Shown: in pieces, positions 1-14,689 of the stretch
Layout: every line of letters starts with the position of its first letter
Numbering within the stretch: position 1 is the stretch's first letter
Origin: Octopus vulgaris
Taxonomy: Eukaryota
Assembly: GCA_951406725.2 (NCBI GenBank)
Contig: OX597829.1
Span: 32,674,001 to 32,738,000, forward strand
DNA: 64,000 nt
Direction: 5' to 3'
Notes under the pieces: model-generated
Databases searched by the model: none
Seen by the model: only the letters and a program-made list of their open reading frames with translations
What the model was told of the DNA's origin: nothing
Position numbers and translations under genes: made by a program

Positions 1-770
1 CAGTGAGCAACCTCAATAAAATGTAAGCACAACAGTCCTGATATAATGATTTGGGATAGAGAAGGAAAACTGTGTACAGTTGTGGAAATTAGCTGTCCAA
101 CAGATGTTAACGTAAAGCTAAAGAGAACACCTATACTGAACTATTGAGAAATCTGCAGTTACTCTAACCAGATTACAAGTTCAGGTTTATACCTGTAATT
201 ATTGGAACACTGAGATATGTAACACACTGCCTAAATACCAATCTTGAGAAAATATGCTTCTCAAAACTAGAAAGGAGAAAGCTAATTCGAAGACTACAGA
301 TCTAGTCCATCACTGGAACTGTAAAAATCTGTAAAACTTTCCAGAAGTTTATCATTTAAATATATATGAGCATGTCTAGATATGCAACTATATGTATGAG
401 AATACATACATAAAACATACAAACCTGCACATACATATATACATATATTCATGCATACATATACATACATACATACATACATACATACATACATACATAC
501 ATACATACATACATACATACATACATACATACAAAAATACCCTGTGGTTAATGTTGAAATTCCAATGAAGGAGCCTTGGATCTAAGTTAGAAACCGGTTC
601 TTTCTCTATTGGCAAGAAATCTTGAAATAAACTGAATAATAACATACATGCATACATACAAAAATACCCTGTTGTTGATGTTGGAATTCCAATGAAGGAA
701 CCTTGAATCTACGTTGGAAACCGACTCTTTCTCTATTGGCAAAAAATCATGAAATAAAACTGAATAATGA
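1..770 (+). mobile_element. 3' fragment of R4/Dong-like RLE LINE, followed by (CATA)n and two tandem copies of a ~110-bp 3' module
   Basis: Translates as KCKHNSPDIMIWDREGKLCTVVEISCP (PD..E RLE motif) with frameshifts; module aaaataccctgt..aactgaataat at ~533-640 and ~661-768. Confidence 0.75.
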
Positions 771-1054
771 CATACCCACATACAAACATTCATACATGCA
801 TACATACATATACACATACATACACACATGCCCATACATAGATACATATATACACATTTACACATGCATAATGCTACACAAGTGTGTAAGACAGGTTTAC
901 AAAATACCTACAAAACGTCTACAAAATACCTACCCTTATTACATGCTTGTAGTAGCAAAATCTATTTACAAAATCTCTAGAGAGACTGCCCCGACGGATA
1001 CATCAAAGGCATGTCAGAACCAGCTGGTATTCATACCTTTAAAAACAAGGAATA

Positions 1055-1420
1055 CTGGTGGAATACTGCAATAAAAACATCAGTTCGGTGCAAACACAAC
1101 AAACCTGATATTGTTCTGTGGGACAGGGAGCAAAAGTCATGCACTGTTGTAAAGGTCAGTTGTCCAGTGGATGTGAATATACTATGAAATAATACGAAAC
1201 TTACAACTGTTGTATCTTGACTATAATTGCCATTTGCACCTGTCATCATAAGTGAATTAGACTACATAGCTACGGATTTGCACAAAAACCTCAGGTTGGT
1301 AGGATTTTCTAAGAAAGAACAAAAGAAACTGGCAAGTGCCCTCCACATCCAATCTATTAGTGGAGCTGTAAAGTTTCGTAAGACATTCCAAAGATACTCC
1401 ATCTACGGTTCATTAAATAA
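1055..1420 (+). mobile_element. RLE LINE 3' fragment, related family
   Basis: IKTSVRCKHNKPDIVLWDREQKSCTVVKVSCP and APVIISELD..IQSISGAVK parallel the fragment at 1-360. Confidence 0.7.
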
Positions 1421-1702
1421 ATATTTGCACACACTTGATTGTGCACATTTACAGAGACACATATGTGAAACGTAATAATGCACACATACACTCTCAACAC
1501 ACACACACACACACACACACACGTCTATGTACTGAAGATACATGAACATAAATACAGGTACATACACTTATATATATATGCACACACTAAATCAATCACA
1601 TATTTATCAACACCGGGAACTCTCTTAACTCAAAACGTCTTGTCACTTTGTTAGCGGCCGCCTTGAACTCAATGTAAAATATACCTACTACATGCATAGA
1701 CA

Positions 1703-1829
<127 letters not shown>

Positions 1830-1902
1830 ACATATATTGGTAAAAACGGTAAGATAACAAAAGAAAGAAAGAGACCTCAATATTATGTAAATAGAGGAAA
1901 TT

Positions 1903-2030
1903 TATCTGTAAAATAATATGTGAAGTTTCGGATGCCGAGGTGGAAATTCACAACACCATCCACCTCGGCATCCGAAACTCAGAGTTTTATCTTGGCTACC
2001 GAATAATTGTCACATATTATTTTAGAGATA
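1903..2030. repeat. Hairpin/inverted repeat with a deletion in the left arm
   Basis: Perfect 21-bp arms agtttcggatgccgaggtgga (1924-1944) / tccacctcggcatccgaaact (1959-1979); outer arms aaaataatatgtga / tcacatattatttt. Confidence 0.85.
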
Positions 2031-2034
2031 TATA

Positions 2035-2116
<82 letters not shown>

Positions 2117-2545
2117 CACATATAAATATATATTCATATAAGTTAGGCGTCGATACATATATGCACATATGCAAGCACACATCTGTGCATACATTCGTAC
2201 ATATATACAGGCCTGCATATTTGCACGCACGCATGTCATATATATGTATTCCTAGATATCTTCATACATGTACATAGAACAAGACAACATTTATGGATCC
2301 AGTCCATCCATCTCTACTGTCATCGCTCAACATGGGCTAGGATTTCCTGCTGCGTACTGCTGCAAACAGTAAGGTCATATCGGATGTGTATTTTGGAAGC
2401 ATCTGAACTACATTGATGTTATTTGTGGAGATGCACAGCACGGAATTGAGCGTCCAATGCGGAACAGTGATACCTAGCGCAGCACTGTAAGATGCATTTT
2501 GTTCGTGGTCATTTGAAGAGAAATGCATGTATACACAAATAGCTT

Positions 2546-2581
<36 letters not shown>

Positions 2582-2720
2582 GACAAATAGTTAACCAGAC
2601 AGATAGGTAGATAGAAAGACAGCCAGACAGCTAGACAGATATGAGCGTCCAATAATACTTTATTTGTTCCACATCCTTGCGTTGTTGTTTTTTGTTTTCT
2701 TGTTTGGATTAACTTTATAT

Positions 2721-2778
<58 letters not shown>

Positions 2779-2875
2779 CAGACAGACAGACAAACAGACA
2801 AACAGATAGATAGCTAGCTAGCTAGCTAGCTAGCTAGCTAGCTAGCTAGCTAGATAGATAGATAGATAGATAGAC

Positions 2876-2908
<33 letters not shown>

Positions 2909-3286
2909 CACACTCATGCACACACCGAATCACACACACACACACACACACACACACGTGTATGTAAGCATGTGTGAACATGTGTGTGTATGTATGTGCA
3001 TATATCGGTGTGTGTGTGTGTGTGAGTGTGTGTGTTTGTGTATAAATTACCAAATAAAAAAAATGATCAAAGTGCACTTATTCACCGCTACAGGAACTCT
3101 GTGTGTGTGTGTGTGTGTGTGAGTTTATTTGAATAGTAGGGGTGGAGAGAGAGAGCGAGAGCGAGAGAGAGAAAGCGAGAGAGAGAGAGTAGGAGAGAGA
3201 GAGAATGTTAATCAAACATAACATTTATGAGGGCAAATTATACTGACACAAGTGTACATAACCAAACAAGCATACATACGCACACA

Positions 3287-3396
<110 letters not shown>

Positions 3397-3444
3397 AACA
3401 TATGTATAAGCTCAACTCATCTGTAGAGAAACTGGATATGCATG

Positions 3445-3478
<34 letters not shown>

Positions 3479-3484
3479 ATTTTA

Positions 3485-3650
3485 TTTTATTTGTTTCAGT
3501 CATCTGACTGCGGCTATGCTGGGGCACCACCTTTAGTCGAACAAATCGAACCGAGGGCTTATTCTTTGTAACCCTAGTATATATTCTATCGGTATCTTTT
3601 GCGAAACCGCTAACTTACGAGAACGTAAACACACAAACATATACACACAC
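3485..3650 (-). mobile_element. SINE family A, 3' fragment
   Basis: Reverse complement matches the tail of 6510-6896. Confidence 0.65.
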
Positions 3651-3674
3651 ACATATATTTACATACATACGTAC

Positions 3675-3798
<124 letters not shown>

Positions 3799-3960
3799 TT
3801 TCGTTTGCAAGATTCTTTATATGAGTTCGTGTGTTGAAGCATATTCTGTTGTGTCTGGGGAGAGTCATTTTCTTAACTCACCGGTAAAATTTCCACTTTT
3901 TTCTTATTTTTTTCCTAAAAGTTTCGTTGCGTCTTGCAACCTTTTCAATAATGTTGACTC

Positions 3961-4065
<105 letters not shown>

Positions 4066-4698
4066 GTATGTATGTCTGCCGCAAAAGGCATTTTTTCCAA
4101 ATACGCCAGCTAAACTAAGTTGTACTGTCTATTAGTCGTAAGACACCCGCTGTTTTTGTCCTGTTTTTACCATCATTATTTTTTGTATTTTATATTCGTG
4201 TGGCATCGTCCGTTTTTCTGTCCCTGTTTCGTATACATTCGATCCTTTTTCCAAGAAATCTAATGCTCGTAGGTTAGTTTTTCCTTGGGGCTAGCCGGAT
4301 CGGAGCGATCTCATGATTAATCAGCCGAAATTGCTAGGATGATCCGGTTCTTGACTGATCCGTGTTTTTTGTATCGTCTTCTAAATGTTTTACGTTCTTG
4401 TCCCAGTTTGTATTTTTCTACATATAATATATATATGTATACATATATACATTTATATATACACACACGTACACATATATATATGTGTGTGCGTGTGTGT
4501 GTGTGTGTGAGTGTGTGTGTGTTTGTGTATTTAAGTCGGACTATTTTATATCCATACATATGTACATTTTTTATATCAAATGTATTATATATTCTGTGTA
4601 GATCAACATGCCATTACATTTACTCATCTACCGGCTCAAGTTCAAATCTCTTGAGCACTTCGAAGTGTATTCTATATAGAGAAAGTCACTCTCTAATA

Positions 4699-4760
<62 letters not shown>

Positions 4761-5312
4761 TGAGTATGTGTGTACAAACACACATACGTATATACATACA
4801 CATTGATATGTATATACATATACCACCTCACATATATGTGTGCGTGTTTATGTGTGTGTGTATGTATGTATTTATGTATGTAGGCATATAAATCAAAACA
4901 AAAAAAATGGAACAAGAACGTAACAGGCGACAACAAAGCATTCGGACACTTAGACGATACAAAAAAAGGGCAGGATAAACAAGGACGGGCCATTCGGAAC
5001 TTTCAATCATCCGTCGAGAAGCAGATCGTCTTTGCTGTTTCGGCCGGTTACTCTCGAATAATCACATAAATATGATTGAAATAATCATATATATATATTT
5101 AGTGATTGGATAAAACAGATTCTTAATGATATAATTTTATCTTTATTTTACATTTTTCAAACTGTTGATTTTGAATTTTAAAGATGTAAAGAGCAGTATT
5201 TTAATTTGATACTGCATGTGTGTCTTCCTCGATTTTCTTACGACTTCATACTAAAGATAAATTCATATTTTCAAAGGCAGAAATGGTAACTTTAAAAAGA
5301 CGACGGCAAACA

Positions 5313-5392
<80 letters not shown>

Positions 5393-5584
5393 GTACAGGA
5401 CGTCAGCAATTGTAAACAACATGAAGTACGAAAACAAACGCCTGAAATACGCAAGCAATGAGAAAAAAATGGAAAACAGGACAAGTAACACAAAGAATGA
5501 CCCTTCATCAGTTGTCGGCTGTCTATCTACTCCTCATTTCAAGAATTCAATATATCAATATATATGTATGAATATATGTATGTG

Positions 5585-5671
<87 letters not shown>

Positions 5672-5749
5672 TACACATACACACACTCCATTGGAGTCGA
5701 CATTCGACTCAACTGCACTTCAAATTATAGATACCCTTCTACTATTTTA

Positions 5750-6010
5750 GTTGGAGTGGGCATTGTTGGACGTAATAGTAAGTTGGTTGTTGATGTGTTG
5801 GAGAAAAACAAATCTTGGGGCATATAAGAGTCGAAAGAGTATAGATGAGACACGAATCTGTCAGTACAAAGCAAAGCGGTGCAATCTGACTGGAGGTCAA
5901 GTATCCAAGAGTGAGACAGACAGAAGGAGCAGATAGGCGGGGAATTTTGTTGGCGATACGTGGCAGTTACGGTTGAGCAACGTCAGATGCTATGATAGTG
6001 TTTCCAATAA
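5750..6010 (+). mobile_element. Highly decayed LINE apurinic-endonuclease (APE) N-terminal remnant
   Basis: VGIVGRNSKLVVDVLEK and a downstream GILLA-like segment resemble the N-terminus of RTE-type APE; broken by stops. Confidence 0.3.
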
Positions 6011-6103
6011 ATTTCAAGGTGACGAACATCAGGCTTCGCGAAAGCAGTACTGCCAGTTATTAACAATGGAAAGAGGAGAAAGAATGAGGAGACAGAGCGA
6101 AAG

Positions 6104-6264
<161 letters not shown>

Positions 6265-6509
6265 GGATTGAAGCTGTTGGGAAAGGCTATTGTTAATTGC
6301 TGCTTTCTTCTTCTTTAATATTCGCGTTGTTTCAGATCCGAGACCCAAATAATTTAAAACCTTTAGGCGTCCTTTTTGTGGATATACTGATTCCCTTTAT
6401 CCTTCAGTTTCTAACTTGTGGGGTAAAAGCAAATTTATGGTTTATGCCGGCTTCTTGAACCAAACATTTTTAATAACTATATTTTCTTTTTTATAAATCG
6501 TCTTGGATT

Positions 6510-6896
6510 GGCTGTGTGGTAAGTAGCTTGTTTACCAACCACATGGTTCCGGGTTCAGTGCCACTGCGTGGCACCTTGGGCAAGTGTCTTCTACTATAGC
6601 CTCGGGCCGACCAAAGCCTTGTGAGTGGATTTGGTAGACGGAAACTGAAAGAAGCCCGTCGTATATATATATATGTGTGTGTGTGTTTGTGTGTCTGTGT
6701 TTGTCCCCCTAGCATTGCTTGACAACCGATGCTGGTGTGTTTATGTCACCGTTACTTAGCGGTTCGGCAAAAGAGACCGATAGAATAAGTACTGGGCTTA
6801 CAAAAGAATAAGTCCCGGGGTCGAGTTGCTCGATTAAAGGCGGTGCTCCAGCATGGCCGCAGTCAAATGACTGAAACAAGTAAAAGAGTAAGAGAG
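6510..6896 (+). mobile_element. tRNA-derived SINE family A, near full length
   Basis: A-box-like ggctgtgtggtaag, B-box-like gggttcagtgcc, internal (TA)/(TG) tract; closely similar to 28721-29115. Confidence 0.85.
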
Positions 6897-7428
6897 TTCG
6901 TAATATAAGTTGTTAATTGAGGTGTTTTAAACGGTAAAGATTTCCAAAAATTTTAGTTTGGGTTGGTTTTTTTTCTTAAGACATAGCTTCTTATTATCTG
7001 ACCCATTTTAACATTATACAAATGTTCGATTTTACGGTGTAGGTAGATCTTTTCGTTATCCATCCGGGTTGCCTACGTTAGATCATGCCATTACCACGTG
7101 CATTTTTAGGTAAATTTTCCACTAAATCTTTGAGTGCTTCATGGGACCAATATCAGGACTTTTACGAGCTTTTAGAGAGCAACTTGCTAAATATTAAGAA
7201 AATGAAACGACAAAGCTAAGAGAAATATGCTAACGCATTTTAACTGACACAATTGTTTTGTACTGCTGATGTTGGTAGTCCTGTCGGTGTTGTAACAGTT
7301 GCAGAGTTAGAAATATGAGCTAAGATCGAAGCAAATTCCGCGTAGTGAGAAGTATTTTACATAATTTTATATACAATTCAGTCATTCCTTCATTGCCATA
7401 AATATCGACAACATCAACAATCCCAACA

Positions 7429-7500
<72 letters not shown>

Positions 7501-9211
7501 GTCTATCTATCTATCTGTCTGTCTATCTATCTATCTGTCTATCTGTCTGTCTGTGTTTCTCACTCGCTCTCTCTCTCTCTCACCCTCTCTCTCTCTCTCT
7601 CTCTGCTATATATATATATATGCACACACACACATATATATATACATGCACATGCATACACACACACATAGATATAAATATATAGATATATTGTGTGTGT
7701 GTATATGTGTCTAAATATATATTAATGGGGTATATATGAGTTAACGCATGTGTTGGTATAGTCACACATACCTTCATATTTTTCGATTTTGCATTACAAG
7801 ATCTGATTTGATTTGGGTTATGTTCAATCGAAAACCGTCTGATTGTTTACTTAATCCTCCCTGCTTGCAGTGCTTCCATGGTTCTCTGTAAGAAAGCGGT
7901 TTCTGTGATATATGAGCTGTGGCCATATGAATATCAGCGTGTGTAATCAGTGTATGTTTATGCGCGTGGCAGTATGCGTGACGGGGGAATAGGTAAACAA
8001 CTTCAAAAACAGACATAGTGACTGCAAGTATTTCAAAGGTAGCGTTCATTGGTGGTAGGTCTGAAGTGTACTACTTAATAGTGATAACTAGTATTAATTA
8101 AATCAGTGGAAATTCTACAGAAAATCCAACTCGGGGTCTGCTTGTCCGAGTTATTAATCAAATAATAGATTAGTTAAATGGATAATAATAGATTAGTTAA
8201 ATGGATAAAAGTTTAATCAAATGACTAAGAAGTGGAATTGAACGAGTACGTGAGTTAGTTATTCGCATAATGATCCTCCGAAAGAAAGCAAAATTCTAAT
8301 CAAAAACTCTGTAAAATGTAAATCAAAATACATGACAATCATCTGGGACAGAGAATAGAAATTGCGAACAGCAGTAGGAATACAATTGTCCAACATTTTA
8401 AAGATAAATGAAATAAACGATATTGATACAGTCACTCTACCTCTACCAGCACAAAATTTATGACTGTAATTATTAAGCACTTGCATATGAAACTAACTAC
8501 TACATTGTCAAGCTCGATTAGCTGGGATATACAAAATAGACATGGCTTATTAACAATTCACAATTACAAAACATTAATGGAACAGTGAAGATATGTGGAA
8601 CATTCCAGAAATATAGTCTTTAGTTGGTACATCAATGCACATAATAACATACAATGAAGAGAATATTTATGGACACCTACTTGTACAACTGCAGTTCCTC
8701 TAACTTGATTATAAAATTCATATTTAAACCAAGAATTATTGGTGCCCTCGGTTATATTAGTAAATGCCTAAATAACGATCTGGAAAAGCTGGTATTTTAA
8801 TATAAGAAGGCAACTGGTTAATATGTATTTTATAAATAGAATCTGTAAGTGGAACAGTAAAAATTTTCAAGGCTTTTTTAAAGTTCAGCATGTAACTCTT
8901 AGCCTTATTGTTATTAAAACTCCGGCGATGGAACTTTGTTTCTTTGTTAGAAAGCATTTTCTAGGAAAATTTCAAATAATTCAAAGGAAATACTATACAT
9001 ACATACATGCATGCATACATACATACATACATACATACATACATACATACATACATACATGTATAGAAATACACACCTATACATAGACTTACATACATAC
9101 GTTTGTACACGTGCACATACATATATAGTACATATATTCATACATACATAGATACATGTATACACATGCAAACATACATACATATACACATATAGGCATG
9201 CATATATACAA

Positions 9212-9295
<84 letters not shown>

Positions 9296-9296
<1 letters not shown>

Positions 9297-9579
9297 GAGG
9301 CGCAATGGCCTAGTGGTTAGGGCAGCGGACTCGCGGTCGTAGGATCGCGGTTTCAATTGTGAGTGTGAGTGTTTATTGAGCGAAAATACCTAAAGCTCCA
9401 CGAGGCTCCGGCAGGGATGGTGGCGATCCCTGCTGTACTCTTTCGCCACAACTTTCTCTCACTCTTCCTTCTGTTGGCCTTCTCGCTTAGCCAGCGGGGT
9501 GGCGTCATTTGAAGGCTAAAACAATGCGAGGCGCATTGTGTAACAACATCTGATGGCCTGGTCGGTCACGGTGATCACG

Positions 9580-9585
<6 letters not shown>
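9296..9585 (+). mobile_element. tRNA-derived SINE family C
   Basis: tggcctagtggttagg A box and ggtttcaatt B-box-like motif, then tgtgagtgtttattgagcgaaaatacctaaagctcc body; flanked by (TA)n. Confidence 0.7.
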
Positions 9586-9628
<43 letters not shown>

Positions 9629-9919
9629 GGTGATCACGGTGATATATATATATATATATATATGTATGTATATATATGTATATATACATACATACTCGCA
9701 CGCATAAATACATACACGTACACATACAGAAATATATGCATATACGCACACATACATAAATATATGCATACATGCACACATACATACATACAGGCAGTGA
9801 GCTTCTCAAGAAACACTCTCTTCCTGGTGATCTCCTATACAGCCCCAAAACTGCTGGCTCTCTTACCCCAGAGAAGACCTGGATGGAAAGCACTCAGCAT
9901 ACAAAGAAAAAAAAAGACC

Positions 9920-10560
9920 ATGCTTGGGTAGAAGACAGTTGAATTGACATGAAGCACAGCTTCTCTTGGACACAAGACCAGTACATCACATCACATCACA
10001 TCACTGGTGAACAAGAAAGATAATGACGCTCAAGGTGCAACTGCATGTGTAGGCTATGTCATGATTCTGTGGAAGACATCACGCATGTGATTGGCAGCTG
10101 TCCTAAAATATGGTGACAGTACTACCTCCCTATGCGGCACGATGTTGTTGCTAAAACAATTTACAACGCCATCCGCCAAAACGGGAAATATTCTCATCAA
10201 AACTTCTGTCAAATGTAAGCATAACAGAGCGGATATTGTTGCTTGGGACAGAGGAGCAAAGGTATGTACTGTCATAGAGGTTAACTGCCCTTCAGATATA
10301 AATATCTCTTTGAAAATCAAAGAAAAATAGGATATCTGAGGACAACTACTTCGAAACATCCAGCTTCTATTACCAGACTATGAATTCATATTCACACCAA
10401 TGATAATTAGAGCACTAGGTTTTGTTAGTAAATGCTTAAAGGAGAATCTGGATAAACTGGGATTTTCAGAAAGAGAAATCAACCGGCCTATTCGTACATT
10501 ACAAAGGCAATCTGTGAGTGGAACAATAAAAGTATGAAAACATTTTTCAGGTTCTAAATG
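9920..10560 (+). mobile_element. RLE LINE 3' fragment with CCHC knuckle
   Basis: CRLCHDSVEDITHVIGSCP (CCHC) and CKHNRADIVAWDRGAKVCTVIEVNCP (RLE). Confidence 0.75.
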
Positions 10561-10581
10561 TTAATTTGTTAGTGTTAACTA

Positions 10582-11240
10582 TCAGGTCATTCCATAAGTT
10601 CTGTCCGATTTTACCTTTTTAAAAATTGAATGAAATTTGACAGTATTTTAGAATGTCTAATGGAATTAAAAATTATTTTTATGCATTTGTGTACATTTAA
10701 ACTAATTATATATTATTTTACAGAATAATAGAATTAAAATTTCTTTGATTAAAACATGGAACTATCCAAAGAGCATTTGAGGCACATAATGCTTTATGAG
10801 TATAAAAAAGGAAACTCTGCAGCCGAAGCGACTCGAAACATACACTCAGTTTATGGGAAAGAATGCTTGAATGAAAGAACTTGCGCGACCCCACACTGCA
10901 AAGATCACATCACAGAAGATCGAAGAGCTTGGTTGGGAAAAATTCCTCATCCACATTATTCTCCCGATCTTGCTCCTTCAGACTACCATTTGTTTCGTAG
11001 AATCATTTCGGGAACATAACTTTCGCAAGCCAGGAGGAGGTCGAAACTGATATTTCAGAGTTCTTCGCTTTGAAACCAAAAGAGATTTACATTGATGGGA
11101 TTAAAAAGCTTGTAAATAGATGGAAGGAAGTCATAGATAATTAGGGAAAGTACGTTGATGATTAAATTAAAATTAAATATAACATTTCATCGCCTGTTTT
11201 CTTTATTCAAAATTCGGACAGAACTTATGGGATGACCAAA
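10582..11240 (+). mobile_element. Internally deleted mariner transposon with both terminal inverted repeats (TIRs), nested in the RLE element 3' region
   Basis: TIRs ggtcattccataagttctgtccga (10585) / tcggacagaacttatgggatgacc (ends 11237); ORF 10756-11019 has an HTH start (HLRHIMLYEYKKGNSAAEATRNI) and YSPDLAPSDYHLF; TA on the left flank. Confidence 0.9.
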
Positions 11241-11660
11241 GATGGAGCCTTGTATCTTTGTTGGAAACCGGCTTCCTCCTCAGTGGAAGATTTGTGATAA
11301 TTAAAAAACAGAAGAGACATGCATACAAACATACATACACACTTGCATTCATGCATACATACATATATATGGTCATACACACACACATACATAAGTTTAT
11401 CGTTTAAATATATATGAACATTCTAGGTATGCAACTAAATGCATGAGAAAATATGCATAAAACAAAAATAAAAATCTGCACACATACATATATGCATACA
11501 TACATACATACATACATACATACATACATACATACATACATACATACATACATAAATACCCTGTTGTTGATGTTGAAATTCCAATGTTGGAGCCTTGGAT
11601 CTAGGTTAAAGACAGGCTCTTTCTCTATTGGCAAGAAATCTTGAAATAAAACTGAACAAT
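11241..11660 (+). repeat. Further copies of the RLE LINE 3' tail and module
   Basis: 11405-11660 matches 358-640; 11241-11300 is a partial module copy. Confidence 0.7.
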
Positions 11661-11817
11661 GACATACATACATACATAAAAGTTACCTATTTGATGTCGG
11701 GAATCCAGTGAAAGATCATCAATTGTAGGACTGAAATCGAATAACACACACACACACACACACACACAAACATACGCGTACACACTTACGTACAAGTATA
11801 CACACATAGACACTCAC

Positions 11818-11960
<143 letters not shown>

Positions 11961-12047
11961 CAGATAGACAGACAGCCACACATACACAAACAGACGAACT
12001 GACAGACGGATAGACAGTCAGATAAACAGATAGATAGTGATTGAGAC

Positions 12048-12090
<43 letters not shown>

Positions 12091-12888
12091 CATATGTATA
12101 CAGATGCGAACATATTACACAATGTCTTATATATGTGTATGTGTATGTGCACGTCACTCTGTATATATGTTAGTGCGTGCGTGTGTGTATGTATGTATGC
12201 ATACTTACATACACATATATATATATGTACATCCTTACACCGATACATACATGCATGTATACATATCTCTTTGATCCAATCATTTTCTAAAAATGTCTGA
12301 TGATCGTCGTCTCGATTTCATCCATGAAGCCGTATGTGTAAGGCAGTGCAGAAGGAGGTATATTATCTATCAAATCTTGGTCTTATAACTAGGCCAATGT
12401 ACCAGAGATGGTTATCAAGTTAAACAGAAGGAAACAAAACATACACGCAAGCACGCACACGTATACACACACACTACACACATTCACACACAGATATATA
12501 AACAACCAACAACGATTTTAAAACCTCACACACACAAAAAATAAAAACTTAAACCCCCTCCTCCCTAAAAAGAAAGAAAAAAACGAGGCCAAGTCAAATC
12601 AAAGAATTTGGGAGAAGTGAGGGAAACAAATAGAGAAGACTAGATAAAAAAAAATGGTGAAATCCATTAGAAAATATAAGTAAAATATTAGGGAGTAAAT
12701 GGATGGCGGTGTACTTATCGTAACGAGCCTAGATATGTTAAGTCTTAGTTAAAAACAAACCAAAAATATTCACTTATCAAACATCTTCAATCTCTAATCT
12801 GCATCTGCCGAAATAAAGAAAAAAATTGTGTAAGGAAATTTATACAGGAAACTTTACTTCAGACTTGTGTCTTGCACTGTTGCTGCTG

Positions 12889-12937
<49 letters not shown>

Positions 12938-13134
12938 AACTACTTTGCTTGTCTATTGGCAGTATGCTTGTTCTTACCTGTCTTTGTACGCGTGTTCGAA
13001 TGTGATATTTAACAAATAATGAAGCAGCTCAAGTGTAACGCGCTTTAACCAGCCATTATCTCATTAACGACGAAATCGAAGACATAATCGAATTCCGTAA
13101 CATACTTTTTGTTATGATTTAGACATAGAGCCAG

Positions 13135-13305
13135 CAATTTTATAGGAGGAGATAAGCTAATTCCATCGACATCGGTACTATATCTTATCAACCCTGAAAG
13201 GATGAAAGTCAAAGTTGATCTCGGATGGATTTGAAGTCTGGTTGTAAAGAGGTGGGACAAACACCGCAAGTAGTATTTTTCTGGTGTTCTAACGATTCTT
13301 TGAGC
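13135..13305 (-). mobile_element. SINE family B, degenerate
   Basis: accctgaaaggatgaaagtcaaagttgatctcgg matches the core of 53828-54056. Confidence 0.6.
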
Positions 13306-14094
13306 TCGAAAACTTTAACACGATGAAACAAGTTTATGGATTGCGCTGAGAAAGCATTATTATTATTACAAAAGGTGTCCACCGCCTTCTCCTGCCTAAT
13401 CATCCTCAAATAATGAAGGCAAAACGGTGAAACCTATTGAGTGGCAAATGGTCACCAAAAAGGTCCTTAAACAAAAGTCAAAAGGCCGTAACTCCGCCAC
13501 AAAAAAATAAAAAGAAACCACAAACGTAGATGACACACCGCAAAACACTCCGAATTGTCATACACCGAAACAACATCAAGAATAACAAAAACGACAAACC
13601 ACAAGACCTTCACTCCAACAACCAAACCTTCAACTGTACCCCCTACAACAATAAGAAAACACAAACACCACGGCAACAAGAAAACTATCAAAACAGACAA
13701 CGAACACAAAAAAAAAAACACTCAAATAGAAAGCAGTCAATTTCACAACGAAGCACTCAAATAGAAATAGTCAATTTCAAAAGTAACAAGGAATTAGTTG
13801 TCTACATATAAAAACATCACAAAATACGAAATAAAAACAGAAGGGGAAGAATTTGAAAAATTCATCCCCCAAAACACTTAAAGAGGGAGCGCTAATAAAA
13901 ACGTCAAGTCAAATTTATTACACTCTCTTGAACAACTCTCCAAGGAGTGTGGGTATTTTCAGAAAATCAGTGAAACTTTATTCCAAGGGCCTTTTTATAG
14001 ACATTCACCTCAAAAGAATACAGATCATCCGCCACTCGAAGTGACTGGAGGTGACATAGTTGAGTAACCTCTTACTAGGTTTACTCCAATAAAT

Positions 14095-14500
14095 ATGGTA
14101 GTACTCAGAGTAGAATGTATCAATGTGCGTGGTCCGGAACTAGCTGGGACACTTGCTCAATGACCACAGATCACTTCACTTCACTGGTGGCCATTACTGA
14201 AACCAGAATGTTTGGGACGCACGTATTCAGCCAAATGTTTGAAGACTACAAGACGTACTCATCTTATAGGCTGAAAAGATCGGGCGATGGTGGAGAAGAA
14301 TTAGGGTTAGAGGTGCAGACGATTTTCCTGGATCCAGCAGGTAAGTTGGTGGTACTAGACATGAGTGACAGTAAAGGTAGTGCTTTCATATTAGCGACCG
14401 TCTATACGCCAACTGGGGTTGGACTGCCATATTTCTTTAGACGTCTAGAAATCTTCCTAAGAACATCCCACACTATAGTTATTGTAGGGGATTGGTGTAG
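14095..14500 (+). mobile_element. L1/Tx1-like APE endonuclease remnant
   Basis: INVRG start; DPAGKLVVLD, ATVYTPTG and IVIVGDW motifs in ORF 14115-14531. Confidence 0.6.
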
Positions 14501-14689
14501 CTTTAGCCACGAACTGGAGGCTGGACCTTAGGAATGAGCAAGTGTCTCCGCTGTGCCTCATCTGCAATTAAGTGGATGAACCATTGCCCATATCACGAAC
14601 GAATGGCATAGACTTGCCCAATACCACTACAAGTTGTGGCGACACGATCAGGTAGCGAAAATGCTACATTGGAAACTGTGCGAAAAGTG

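Noticed and set aside
3917-3950. TTGAAAA G GTTGC-AAGAC-GCAAC GAAAC (minus strand) as a functional hammerhead
   Set aside because: Two core changes and no stem III; at most a decayed relic
4140-5545. Related repeats at 4140-4420 (+) and 4880-5070 (-), and a CTGATGA-containing repeat at ~5500 (-), as hammerheads
   Set aside because: Core fragments are present but stems I and III could not be formed convincingly
7200-8050. Possible host exons in non-repetitive sequence
   Set aside because: Short frames, no recognisable protein, no convincing splice-site pair
8250-8980. Minus-strand LINE remnant (RYLGI-like motif)
   Set aside because: Too decayed to support from one short motif
9296-9360. tRNA gene (also 48696-48765)
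   Set aside because: The cloverleaf is incomplete and continues into a SINE body
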